Below, piece after piece: positions 21,761-32,116 of a stretch of 64,000 bases of DNA. How positions within the stretch are numbered: position 1 is the stretch's first letter; the number at the start of each line of letters is the position of its first letter. Under the pieces are notes generated by a model, which had not been told where the DNA came from, did not search any database, and saw only the letters and a program-made list of their open reading frames with translations. Made by a program: the position numbers and the translations under genes. The DNA comes from Porphyridium purpureum (taxonomy: Eukaryota): NCBI GenBank assembly GCA_008690995.1, contig VRMN01000006.1:744001-808000 (forward strand). Reading direction: 5' to 3'.

Positions 21761-23113
21761 ATGTCTGGAGGAGGGAAAGCGGCCGGCGGCGCAGACTTCT
21801 CGAGACGACGGCGCGTGAGCGACACTAATTCAGATGCGCGCGTTGCGCAAAATCGATTCGCGCGAACGGCAAGTGTGGCGAGTGAGATTGTTGAGTCCAC
21901 GTCGTTGCAGCCACCGCTGGCGTATCATGAGAAGCGGCGCAGTGACATGGCTCCCGCGCTGGGAACGGTCTCGCCGACGTCAAGAGTCGGCACGGCGGGT
22001 GTCAGTCCAACCGCATTTGGTGTGCCGGCAAAGACGCAGGACCTCGTAATCCCGAGCGTGCCGCGCGAGACTGGCGCGGCTGCTGGCTCTGCGCGCAGCG
22101 GGTCTGCGCGCCCAAAGAAGAAACTCGGGCGATGGCTTGAGAGTAAAGTGTCTCAACAACAGACACAGGTTCAGCTGCAGCAGCAGGGGCAGCAGGAGCC
22201 ACTATCACCATCGCAATACAAACATGAGCAACAGCAAAAAGAGCAAGACACGCGATCAACAATGCGAGCGCCGGCTGAGGTTATCGAACTGGGCAGCAGG
22301 CAAACCCGCGTAAGCGATGCGCAGGAAAGGCGAGTGAGCGATGCGGCGTCTCCAGGGATACTCAAGTCGCCGCGTTCCGCAGCGCGCGAGCAGTCAGGAG
22401 AGGCGTCAGTCGGCAGAATTCCAAAGTATATCTTGGAACCAGACGCTGTGGCCGTTGAGGGATCGGCTCAGGACAGCGGCGCCACCATCAGTACGAAGGA
22501 GTCGCGCAGAGCAAAAGCTGAGCTGAGGCGCAGCCGCCGCGCGGGAGCCGCCGCGAAGAAGAGCACGCGGTCTTCAAGCTCACGCCAGCCTCAAGCACTC
22601 GGAAGTACTGCGGCGGATCGAAATTGGAGGTTCACAAATATTGGAGCACTGGCAGAAGCGCTGGGTTACGCGTTGCCTCCGGGCATGTACGACGAGGATG
22701 GTAACTACGATGCTGCAGTGGTCGTGCCCTTCCTGATATCGCTCGCAACTTCCATGGCCGACCGCGTTGCAGAGCTTGAGCTCAAGTTTTTGCGAGGGAT
22801 GAAGGAAGCTCGCGATCAGGAATTCGCCATGCGCAACGAGATTGAATCTTTGCAGCAGCAAATACAGACCTTTGAAGGAGCAGAGGAGCAGAAGCACCGC
22901 AACCTGTCACTCACTCTTCTGGAAAACTACCGGACAGCCGGACAGCTCGAGGCACGTCTGGACATCTTGCTTGCGACCCAGCGCGCCGCCGCAGCGCAGG
23001 ATCACTTGCGTCAGCTGCTGTGGCGCTTGCTGGACGGTTTTGTGGCGATGATTTGGTTTTTGTTCCAATATTTGTTTGTGATTCCTTATTCTTGGGTAAA
23101 ATCTCTGTCCTAG
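21761..23113 (+). CDS. Hypothetical coiled-coil protein with C-terminal transmembrane helix
   Basis: 450-aa ORF: disordered N-terminus, heptad region, terminal hydrophobic GFVAMIWFLFQYLFVIPYSW. Confidence 0.7.
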   Translation: MSGGGKAAGGADFSRRRRVSDTNSDARVAQNRFARTASVASEIVESTSLQPPLAYHEKRRSDMAPALGTVSPTSRVGTAGVSPTAFGVPAKTQDLVIPSVPRETGAAAGSARSGSARPKKKLGRWLESKVSQQQTQVQLQQQGQQEPLSPSQYKHEQQQKEQDTRSTMRAPAEVIELGSRQTRVSDAQERRVSDAASPGILKSPRSAAREQSGEASVGRIPKYILEPDAVAVEGSAQDSGATISTKESRRAKAELRRSRRAGAAAKKSTRSSSSRQPQALGSTAADRNWRFTNIGALAEALGYALPPGMYDEDGNYDAAVVVPFLISLATSMADRVAELELKFLRGMKEARDQEFAMRNEIESLQQQIQTFEGAEEQKHRNLSLTLLENYRTAGQLEARLDILLATQRAAAAQDHLRQLLWRLLDGFVAMIWFLFQYLFVIPYSWVKSLS

Positions 23114-23257
23114 AGCATTGCATGTGGAGCGAGGCCACATCACGGGAAAAGTGTGCGCGAGCACGCAGACCTCCCCTTGGCGGGATTCCTCAAACCGTCG
23201 GTACAGCCTAAGTATACTTGTACAATGCGGCGTCGTACGTGCCTAGACACAGGATGA

Positions 23258-23725
23258 TCACTTGTTGGGCTTCATGGCGATCTGCTTCTCAATGAGCGCG
23301 CAGTCGAGGTGATCAATGGCGCCTTCATCGATCATCTCGTCCACAATCAGACACAGGTTCCAGTAGCTCTCCAGCACACGCCGCTCAGCCGACACGGGCT
23401 TGGTGGCGGGCACTTTACACACCTTTCGGAACACAGTCTCGAATGCGCGCAGGAACTCAAGAATGAGCAGCGCATCGTGCTCGCGATTGCCCGCGACCAG
23501 CACAACCACGTCGCCCACGAGCTTGGTCACTATGGTGCACTCATCGACAAGCGCTACCTGTTCCGGATAGTCGGACGCCAACAGTGCCCATTCACTCGCC
23601 GTGGCGTGCCTGATCCGCTCCAGCCATGTCGCCTGCTGCGCCTCCGTCGCCAAGTTGGGACCGAAGAAGCGCGAGAAAAGCACCCCGCCCTTGGTGTAAG
23701 AGGCGACCAAAAACGTCAGAATCAT
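23258..23725 (-). CDS. Longin-fold coat small subunit, TSET TSPOON/LOLITA-like (sigma/zeta family)
   Basis: 155 aa from ATG 23725: MILTFLVAS...VLFSRF...VGDVVVLVAGNREHDAL...KVCK...ERRVLESYWNLCLIVDEMIDEG...MKP. Confidence 0.75.
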   Translation of the reverse strand: MILTFLVASYTKGGVLFSRFFGPNLATEAQQATWLERIRHATASEWALLASDYPEQVALVDECTIVTKLVGDVVVLVAGNREHDALLILEFLRAFETVFRKVCKVPATKPVSAERRVLESYWNLCLIVDEMIDEGAIDHLDCALIEKQIAMKPNK

Positions 23726-23893
23726 CACGCGCCAAGCCACGCTGCAAGTATCGGTTCCCGTTCCTGGCGTTGACCCTTTCGAAGCCGCGCTCGGACGGAT
23801 GGTGTTGTTGTTTACTCGACAAAGGTTTGCTCTGGTACTCTTATGTATGACAACGCGTGGCGTGTCTGCCTGCGAGAGCGCGCAGGCGCACAC

Positions 23894-24196
23894 CTACTGT
23901 TCAGAGCGCTGTTGGTCCTCTTCCGCAAAGTCTTGGCCAGCACTACGCGGTGCGCCGTCGTTTAAAAGCAACTCTTCAAAGTCCACCACTCTCTGCTTCC
24001 CACCGTCCTGCGCGGCGTTATCGATCATGCGCGGCGGCACGCCACCCATCAATTGACGCAGGTCCACTTTGTCCTCGGGCCTTTCGCGCATCGAACCGCC
24101 AATCATCCCGGTGACAAGGAACACGACCATGAATGGCGGGACATACCGCGTCGCGAATACCAGCGCGCGACGCATGAAGGGGCTCAGCGTATCCAT
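23894..24196 (-). CDS. Small hypothetical single-TM protein
   Basis: ATG 24196, one hydrophobic helix (YVPPFMVVFLVTGMIGG), acidic tail. Confidence 0.55.
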   Translation of the reverse strand: MDTLSPFMRRALVFATRYVPPFMVVFLVTGMIGGSMRERPEDKVDLRQLMGGVPPRMIDNAAQDGGKQRVVDFEELLLNDGAPRSAGQDFAEEDQQRSEQ

Positions 24197-24372
24197 CGTT
24201 GGTGGTTTCGGCACGTCGTCTGCACTACGCAACGCTACTGTACAGATGTGACGGTCTCGGCGCGCAAGCGACCACGACTCACCGCAGACTCCCTATCCCT
24301 CGGGGACTCGTTGCCTGTCTCGGCCAGTCACGCCACGTAGAGGCTACGTCGTCCTCGAATGATCCGCTGTGA

Positions 24373-25446
24373 ATGATGCTGAAGAAGAGCAAGAATGTGC
24401 GCAGCCGCCGGTACCGGTTGGTAGTCCGGCAGGAAACGCCGCAGTTTGTGCTGTTTGCGCGACCGTGCTGGACGCTGCAGCGGCTGGCGCGGCGGCCGGA
24501 TGAGCTACTCGCCACCGTCCGCGAGTTGTTGAAGCGCGTCGAGAAGAGGCGCCGGAAGCGAGACTACCACCTGTGTGTGACTCAGCAGAGGGCCCCTGGT
24601 GCACCATCCGGCGATGAGGACGAGATCCAGTGGTTGGTCATTCACCATATGGATAAGCCGCTGCCTGGCCCCGTGCCGAGGTCAATTTGCATGTCGTGCC
24701 ATCCAGAGCTGCCATGGACTGGTGAATGCGTGGTATGTGTCCGCACAGGGCAGCCAACTTTTGCGCCCATCTCGCCGGGTATTGGTGCACTGTGCGCATG
24801 GCATACGTTGATTCCGTCACCATTTCCACTCGTGCGGGCCTGCGTGGACGCCAAAGCCAGACCGGTCTTTGTACTCCTGCCAACGCGCCATGTTGAGCGC
24901 CTAGCCGCGCTGCGCATGCGAGAACTGTTACAGCTGCTGCTCGCCGCGGGTCACATGGCAAGACGCTTTGGGTTCGTTTCGTTGCGGCTCAACCAGGGCG
25001 CCTTCCGGAATCATGCGCATCTGCATCTTAAACTCGAGCTGAACGAGGAGGCGTTTCGCTCTGCGCTCACGCACATGCCAGGCGCACTGCATCTATACTG
25101 GAACCGCGCACACTTTTCGCAGTACGTTTTCTTCATGCAGAAAGAGCTCCGCTGTGCGCCAGAATGGGACAGCCGACCGCGTCTGCCCGTCCGGCTTCGC
25201 GTGAGCGGTGTACCTCGCGAGGCGTCGCATGCCGAGCTGGATCTTGTGCTGCGACCGTACGCGTGGTATACGCACACCGAGCTGCTTTGCGGCAGCGAGT
25301 ACAAAGCCAGCTCATGCGCGGCGTATGCTTTTGTTTATTTCAGCTCGCGCGACGCGGCGGCGCATTTTCTGGTCACTGCATACCGCCGCATTCGGCTTCA
25401 TGACGCGCTGCTGACCTTTCATTGGGACCACCGGTCGGATAGGTGA
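24373..25446 (+). CDS. HIT-like hydrolase fused to C-terminal RRM
   Basis: CMSC, FVLLPTRHV and NHAHLHL (HxHxH); then LRVSGVP (RNP2-like) and YAFVYF (RNP1-like). Confidence 0.65.
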   Translation: MMLKKSKNVRSRRYRLVVRQETPQFVLFARPCWTLQRLARRPDELLATVRELLKRVEKRRRKRDYHLCVTQQRAPGAPSGDEDEIQWLVIHHMDKPLPGPVPRSICMSCHPELPWTGECVVCVRTGQPTFAPISPGIGALCAWHTLIPSPFPLVRACVDAKARPVFVLLPTRHVERLAALRMRELLQLLLAAGHMARRFGFVSLRLNQGAFRNHAHLHLKLELNEEAFRSALTHMPGALHLYWNRAHFSQYVFFMQKELRCAPEWDSRPRLPVRLRVSGVPREASHAELDLVLRPYAWYTHTELLCGSEYKASSCAAYAFVYFSSRDAAAHFLVTAYRRIRLHDALLTFHWDHRSDR

Positions 25447-25487
25447 TCCTGTCGGTACGGCCGACATCATGAGTCACATGCACGTGT

Positions 25488-26447
25488 TCAGCTGTGGCCA
25501 AGGGGAATGTGCCCTGACGCCTGGCCTTCGACGAGATACGAACAGAATGGGCAGCCCGAATTATAATTTGCAGACTGTGGCGGCGGTGGTGGTGGCGCTG
25601 GCAGCTCCAAAATATCCAGGACTTCGCTTAGAAAGCGCATGAACTTGGTGTCATCGCGCTCCAGCGGCACGTACTTGAGATTGCCGTCGAGCCTCCCACC
25701 GATTTCACGGCGCTGTGGGTCGCTCGGAGAGGCCGCTTTTCGACGCACACCAACAAAGAGCTGCGGCTGGTAAACGATGAGTGCCAAGTCTGATATCTTG
25801 AGGCTTTTCTCCTTCCCACCCGACAGGTTCTGCAGGCATAGCGCATATGCATGCAATTGGCGCTCGTACGACGTCTTTGAATTTGAGGTGTCTTGATTCG
25901 ACGTCTTAAAGTCAACAATGCCGAACGTCTTGTCGTCATCAAATTGAACGAGGCAGTCGACCTTGCCGCTGATCACGACCTTCGAGGAATGACCTGGAAC
26001 GTCAATGGGCGCCGACTGCAACCATGGATCCGACTTGTCGCAAAGAAACACGCCCGGGCGCATTTCAGGCACGACGTCCTGCGTGCGCACGCCGGCAAAA
26101 AACTCCTTCATCTGGTTGTCGATATCATTGAACACCGATGGGAAGAACGTCTTGGGCCGCATCAACATCTTATGCGACTTCAAGTAGAAACATCGCGGGC
26201 ACGTGTCGTACAAAAACGCAAAATCTGATGGTGCGAGACGGAAAACTTTTGGCGGTGGCGAACCGCGTGCTGCGGCGTAGATCCCGCGCGAAGCGCCCTG
26301 CCGGGCATAGCCAATGCGGTCGATCCGTCGCGCTTGCTGGCTCCGATGGCCCCACAACCGGCTCACCGCGCGCTCTCGAACCATGCCGCGCGGCACGCTC
26401 GCTCTGGTACCGCCAGTAGGCGCGAACAGGAGACACCACGCGCGCAT
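25488..26447 (-). CDS. PD-(D/E)XK nuclease, Cas4/AddB-like, with N-terminal transit-peptide-like extension
   Basis: LAPSDFAFLYDTCPRCFYL, GKVD...IVDFKTS, QLHAYA, terminal CPFC. Confidence 0.85.
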   Translation of the reverse strand: MRAWCLLFAPTGGTRASVPRGMVRERAVSRLWGHRSQQARRIDRIGYARQGASRGIYAAARGSPPPKVFRLAPSDFAFLYDTCPRCFYLKSHKMLMRPKTFFPSVFNDIDNQMKEFFAGVRTQDVVPEMRPGVFLCDKSDPWLQSAPIDVPGHSSKVVISGKVDCLVQFDDDKTFGIVDFKTSNQDTSNSKTSYERQLHAYALCLQNLSGGKEKSLKISDLALIVYQPQLFVGVRRKAASPSDPQRREIGGRLDGNLKYVPLERDDTKFMRFLSEVLDILELPAPPPPPPQSANYNSGCPFCSYLVEGQASGHIPLGHS

Positions 26448-26642
26448 CCTGTCTGCTTGCTTTGTCCTTCCGCGTCTTTGTCGACTTCACCGTCGTCGCG
26501 TCGCGCCGGCTCGTCGCTTGTGCGCGCGATCAGCGTAACGCGGAAGGATCATAGACAAATAACGCCATTCTGGTATAAAAATCCGGTGGATTCGCGCGTG
26601 TGCGGCGCGTGTGCGAGACGGCGAGGAGCGCGAGCGTGGACG

Positions 26643-27827
26643 ATGGGGAAGATGGGCATTTACGGGTTCGTGCTGCCCTGTCCGTTGGGCGGCGGCAGTC
26701 CGCTGCTTCGAACTGCGAGTCTAAGGTATGGTCAGCGCGTAGCTGTGCGGCCTGGAAGGGTTCGCGGTGTGTGTGTGGCGGTCGGAATCAATCTTACAGA
26801 CGGCGCACAGCAACGAACGGATGACGAGACCGATGATGAACAGGACGATGAGCCATCTCTGGATGACTTGGATGCGCAGTCCCGCGCGCAGATCAGGGAC
26901 TCGGTGAAGCGGTTGTTCGGAGACAATGAGAACGACGAGGACGAAGGTGACAGCAGCGAGACGGAGACGCCCGGGTTTTTGGAGTATGACGAAGAATGGG
27001 ATGACGAGACGCCGGTCGAGGACGGTTACGTTCGCGTCAAGGAGGATGAAGATTCGTATACCATCCGCGGTAAAGACCTGGAGCGGCTGCTGCTTGAACT
27101 GGACGCTGGTGAGGACTTTGTGGAACGCGCCTACTCGAAATCCACAGAAACGTCTAGTTCGGATGCTGAGAAAGATGAGGCGCAGCCTGCGAATGGGGAC
27201 ACGTCCGAGTACTATGAAGGCATCGCGAGCGCACTGAAAGACGGCACGCGGGAAAAGAAAGGCGTGATGAACTACTTTGACGAAAAAAACAAGGAGTTCA
27301 TGCCGAGCTGGTTGCGAGAAGCGTATGAAAGGGGAGACGAGGAGCTATTCACGGGCACTGAGGCAGTGCAGTTTGATGCGGACGACGTACGGCAGCAGGC
27401 ACCGAACAGAAGGCGCGAGAAAATTGAGGACAGCGAGAAAATGGCTGTCATGGAAGCAGCGACCATCGGGGAGACCGCGAGCGACTTTCGAGTGCCCGTT
27501 GAGTTCATTCTGGATGAAGTGGCGGCGCTGGGTGCAAGAAAGCCCATTTTACCCACGGACATTCTAGAAGACCGGCTGCTAGAGGACGAAATTGCCAAGC
27601 TGACGGAAGTGCTGACCTCATTCGATTGTGCCGACCTGTGCGATCGGTACTCCGATCGCACCATCCGTGAAATTGCGGCGTACTATGAGTTGGACGTGGA
27701 AGATGTCGAGGATATCTGCGGTGCGGAAGGCATCGAGCTGTGCTTAGGTGCGGACACGCACATACTTAAAATCCGTGAAGAGCAGTTGCTGTTTGCACTG
27801 GAACCATTGCTGAGCCGTCAGAAATAA
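26643..27827 (+). CDS. Probable plastid acidic protein with two C-terminal IF2 N-terminal-like modules
   Basis: MGKMGIYGFV transit-like start, very acidic middle, TIGETASDFRVPVEFILD and TIREIAAYYELDVEDVEDIC...GI modules. Confidence 0.65.
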   Translation: MGKMGIYGFVLPCPLGGGSPLLRTASLRYGQRVAVRPGRVRGVCVAVGINLTDGAQQRTDDETDDEQDDEPSLDDLDAQSRAQIRDSVKRLFGDNENDEDEGDSSETETPGFLEYDEEWDDETPVEDGYVRVKEDEDSYTIRGKDLERLLLELDAGEDFVERAYSKSTETSSSDAEKDEAQPANGDTSEYYEGIASALKDGTREKKGVMNYFDEKNKEFMPSWLREAYERGDEELFTGTEAVQFDADDVRQQAPNRRREKIEDSEKMAVMEAATIGETASDFRVPVEFILDEVAALGARKPILPTDILEDRLLEDEIAKLTEVLTSFDCADLCDRYSDRTIREIAAYYELDVEDVEDICGAEGIELCLGADTHILKIREEQLLFALEPLLSRQK

Positions 27828-29260
27828 GGAAACCTGGCACGCGCGCAACGCTTCCTCGGCTGCTGGTGGCCAGCCATTATCGCGAGCGGACAGGCAAGGT
27901 CACCTCTTTGTTCTCGATAGCTTGCACACAGCGCCTGGTACAACGTTAGCTGGAGTGGGGCAGATGCACAAACAATTCGTCTTCCTTCAGTAAAGAAGGG
28001 TGCCGCGCACGAATGTATCTTATATCTCATCGCCGCCGCCACCACCATCACTTACGCGCCAAGCACCATATGTGCTGCGTGGCGGAGGCTGACTTTTCGA
28101 TTTCGTTGGATGCGACGATGTCAGACGCGCAGAGCAGTGGACGAGGCGAAGTGCACATGAAACAGAGCGCCTGTGTGGGCCTTTTCTTGATTCTGTTGCC
28201 CAAGGCCGCGTTCGATAGCGTTCGCCAGTTCGAGCCAGCTTGCGGTCGTTTGCAACGCGAAGATGCGCCCCGATGCACGTGCCATGCCGATCGAAAGGGA
28301 ATATGTGAACGTTGTCCGAAGGAATCGTGTGCCACGGTCAGGAACAGAGGCATGCTCGACAAGTTGCGTGCATGACGGCCCAGCATGCGTGTGGCGATGA
28401 ACTGTTGGATCCAGTGTTGAGAGCATGTATCTACGGCTCCGAATAGATATGAATGAAAACGAAGGAGCCGAGCCGAGCAATGTTGAAAAGCAGCTGGACC
28501 GGTCTGTGCGTGATTCGTCAGATGAAGGTTCAGTAGAGCGGAGCTCCATGCGTGGCGCATGGCACCGTGAATTGCCGACAAGAGCGCATGGACCTCGCGA
28601 AAGGAGCCTAAACCTCGCGCCTTGTCCAAACTCGCATCCTGAAAAAGAGTCCTCGGCCAAACACGGAGCAGGAGCCTTCCGCCGAGGACCTATTTTCCGA
28701 ACAGACAACAGCATGAGCCAGGCTGGTCGAAGATGAAGCGCCAGCAAATGACAGGGGCGACGAATCTTCCTACTCTACTTCGGGAGGCTGCTTCCTCATT
28801 TATTTGTTCTGTCGCCGGCCACTGTGCATTTCCTTGTGCAACGGCAGAACTCTGCAACATGGCAACATACGCATGGAGGAAAAGAAGTATGAGAGAGCAA
28901 ATACTTGTACAATGGCGGAGCTAGACGTTGATGCGCTTTGGTTCCAGCAAGACTGCTGACCAAGTGCTCGAGCAGCAAGCGGCCGCAAAGCAGTCGCGAG
29001 CGTGCGTGGCGCGTGGTGGTGGTCTCGCCCGGCTCCATGCAAACGCAGACCAAGTCATTTTTTTAATCCAGGGGGTTTAAAAAAGTGTTTATCTGAAAAA
29101 CGACCATGTTCTGATGATCCGATGAATACTTCTATTAAAACACCACTGTTTTATGATTTTGTGGCGTTTTTCGGGTGCGGCTTGTCGGCGGGGGCGCGCC
29201 GTGGTCCGGGGGAGGAGAGAGTGGCGAGCCACGGACGGAAAGACAGAGTGTGGCGTGGTG

Positions 29261-31969
29261 ATGGAGGGTGGAAGAGGCGCCGACGCCGGACTGGCCGTTC
29301 CGGCGTTTCATCCTGGACATGGGCATGTCGTGAGATCGCATATGCGGTCGGTGCAACAATGTCGACGCGTGGAAAGAAACGCGCTCGCGATTTTGTGCGC
29401 GTCCAGCGCGTATCCGACATGCCGGCTGCGGCGCGGCTCGGATGCGCCTGTCTGTGCACGGATGATTAGGATTAGGAGTATGCATCACGTGAGTTGGTGC
29501 AGCGGTAGGCAAGAAAGATCGACGCACAAGTCGACGTGCTGCCACGCCGCGCTAGAAAGTGAGCTGGATTCGGTGCAACCGGACATATCTGATGCGCAGA
29601 AACGCGCAGTGGTTGACCTGTTCCGCCGGGCGAAGAAGCTGGAAAGCGAGAATCAATGCGCAGCCGCACAGGCGTTGTACGAGGAGGGGTTGGCCATTGA
29701 TAGACGCGATGGTCACACGTGGCTCGCACTGGGGCAGCTCATTGCACGCAAGGATAGCACGCGCGCTAGGGAAATTTTTGAAGAGGCATTGAGACACTGC
29801 CATGACAACGTGTTTTTATTACAGGCTTTTGCAGTCTTCGAGAGCAAGAATGGGAATGTTTCGCGGGCGCGAACCCTGTTCACAAAAGCCAACGAGCTAG
29901 ATCCGGCGAATCCGTACGTCTTTCAGGCATGGGGTCTTCTCGAGCAGCGTGCCGGCAACCGACGGGCCGCAAGAGAAATGTACTCTCGCTGTGTGTCCAT
30001 TCGCCCACAGAGCCAAGTATGTCTAGCTTGGGGAACGCTCGAGTCGCGCGAAGGTAATGTCGAACGCGCCAGAGAACTGTTTCGGCTCGCGCTGCGCATC
30101 GCGCCGGGAACGCGCGGGCACCGAAACGTGACGAGACGTGCCAATACGAGCACGAGCGGAAGTGCGGCATCTGGTGGTGCTTCTACTTCTTCCTCACCAG
30201 CGAAAGCGCCTCACGATCGTAAGCTTGGCAAGTACATTGACACACAATGTCGTGTGCTGTGTGCTTGGGCTGAGTTGGAAGAGCGGATGGGCGACCATAA
30301 GGAAGCGCTGCAGCTTTTGAACCGGGCCCTTGAACTGCAGAAGGACGATCCGGAGACCATTATGGTTTTGGCGCGGTTGCAGAGCCGCACCAGCGCCAGC
30401 TCAATGCAGCCGGCGCTGCTGACGTTGCGCAACGCGTTGCATTTGGACGACAAGCTCCCGCGCAACGTGATCAATGGCTGGGCGAACTTGGAGCTGAAGG
30501 CCGGCAACGCATACAAGGCGCTCGAAATTTTGAACGCAGGAAAAGTACATTACCCTTCCGACCCATGCATATTCATGACGCTTGGGACAGTGCACGAGAG
30601 CTGCTCGCAGTTCGAGCAGGCGCGCGACTGGTATGCGCGCAGCGTGGATGCGGAGGCACGCGCGCCAACACTAGTGGCGTGGGCGCTGCTCGAGGAGCGA
30701 TGCGGTCACTTTGACCTGGCGCGTTCGCTTTTCCAGCGCGCGCTGCGCGTGGACCCACTGCACGGTCAGGCATACAATGCGTACGCCATGATGGAACAGC
30801 GTCTGAATGACCAGGAGCGCGCGCTCGCTGTGTACCAGCATGGGCTAGATAGTGGCGTGTGCAGTGTTTCTCTTTATCATGGCGCGTCGCAGCTGCACAA
30901 GGCGCGCGGCGAGTACGACCAAGCGCGTGCGCTGCTTCGACAGGGTGTGCTGCTAACGCGCGAGTCCACCGTGTACTTGTGGCATTCATGGGGAATGCTG
31001 GAGATTCGGCTAAACAATGTCAGCGAAGCGCGACGCATTGGCGAACTGGCGATGAAGCGGTACCCAAATGACTCGCGAGTGCTGCTAGTGGCGGCGCTGG
31101 CGTACTCGGCGTGCTCAGCCGAGTATGTCGCCGAGGTAGACCGCGCGCGCGAGCTATTCAGAAAAGCCGTACTCGCTGACCCGATGCACGCCCATGCTTG
31201 GCAGGTTTGGGGCGTGTTCGAGGCGAGCCGCAACTGCTTGGACGCGGCGCGAGCGCTCTTCAAACGTGGCTTGCGACTGAGCCCTACGCATGGTGCGCTA
31301 TGGCAGGCTTGGGCCGTACTCGAGATGCGTTGCGGCGACCTAACCAAGTCGCGCTCGCTCTTCGAGCGGGGCACCACGGCGTGCCCAAACCACGTCCATC
31401 TGTTCCAAGCGTGGGCTTGCATGGAGGTGCGCGCGAACGACCCAGCGCGTGCGCGAGACTTGTTGGACGCCGCGCTCAAGATTTGTCGCACGCATGGTCC
31501 CGTGTGGACAGCGTATGGCCTGCTCGAAGCGCGGTATGGCACAATGGCGCGTGCGCGCTTCTGTTTCCAGGAAGGCGCACGTGTGGACCCCAATCACGGT
31601 CCTGTGTACCGCACCTGGGCGCAGACAGAAGCGGATGCCAAAGACTTTCAGCGTGCGCGTGAGCTTTTCAAGCGTGGCCTTGAGCTCGCGCCACACTATG
31701 CGCCCATGTACCATCGATATGCAGAGATGGAGGCCATGCTGGGTAACGTGGCCGCGCTCGCAGACTTGCAGGAGCGGGCGAAGGTGTATTTCCCTTCGGC
31801 GTCGCAGTCGCCCATGCACCAGGATTTCTCTGTGTCGGAGTTTGATGGCCTGGACGCATCAGACGACGAAGAGCAGTATTTAAAGCGCGAAACCGAAATG
31901 GAACGCGCAATTCGGGGCGCGCAGGATCTAACGGCTAGCTTGGCGCCCGCGTCAGAAGTAGTCCTGTGA
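29261..31969 (+). CDS. HCF107: HAT/TPR plastid RNA maturation factor, HCF107/Mbb1-like
   Basis: Many half-a-TPR repeats (QAWG.LE...G....AR.LF); Arg/Ser-rich transit-like N-terminus; likely ATG 29261. Confidence 0.85.
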   Translation: MEGGRGADAGLAVPAFHPGHGHVVRSHMRSVQQCRRVERNALAILCASSAYPTCRLRRGSDAPVCARMIRIRSMHHVSWCSGRQERSTHKSTCCHAALESELDSVQPDISDAQKRAVVDLFRRAKKLESENQCAAAQALYEEGLAIDRRDGHTWLALGQLIARKDSTRAREIFEEALRHCHDNVFLLQAFAVFESKNGNVSRARTLFTKANELDPANPYVFQAWGLLEQRAGNRRAAREMYSRCVSIRPQSQVCLAWGTLESREGNVERARELFRLALRIAPGTRGHRNVTRRANTSTSGSAASGGASTSSSPAKAPHDRKLGKYIDTQCRVLCAWAELEERMGDHKEALQLLNRALELQKDDPETIMVLARLQSRTSASSMQPALLTLRNALHLDDKLPRNVINGWANLELKAGNAYKALEILNAGKVHYPSDPCIFMTLGTVHESCSQFEQARDWYARSVDAEARAPTLVAWALLEERCGHFDLARSLFQRALRVDPLHGQAYNAYAMMEQRLNDQERALAVYQHGLDSGVCSVSLYHGASQLHKARGEYDQARALLRQGVLLTRESTVYLWHSWGMLEIRLNNVSEARRIGELAMKRYPNDSRVLLVAALAYSACSAEYVAEVDRARELFRKAVLADPMHAHAWQVWGVFEASRNCLDAARALFKRGLRLSPTHGALWQAWAVLEMRCGDLTKSRSLFERGTTACPNHVHLFQAWACMEVRANDPARARDLLDAALKICRTHGPVWTAYGLLEARYGTMARARFCFQEGARVDPNHGPVYRTWAQTEADAKDFQRARELFKRGLELAPHYAPMYHRYAEMEAMLGNVAALADLQERAKVYFPSASQSPMHQDFSVSEFDGLDASDDEEQYLKRETEMERAIRGAQDLTASLAPASEVVL

Positions 31970-32116
31970 TCTGACTGCTAAGGACGCACGGTTGGCAACA
32001 AAGACGAGGGTATGTCTCTAGAATGCTTAAGAACTTTCTAATTCACTCCCTGAGTTCGAGGAGTAGACCAAGGCCATGATCTTGAACCGATATCTGACTC
32101 ACAAGGACCTCCCAGC

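Noticed and set aside
25488..26447. CRISPR-Cas interpretation of the Cas4-like gene
   Set aside because: No repeat-spacer array or other cas genes seen in the window; eukaryotic context
27830..29100. Several 100-200 aa ORFs on both strands
   Set aside because: No recognisable motifs or consistent frame; cannot support a gene call
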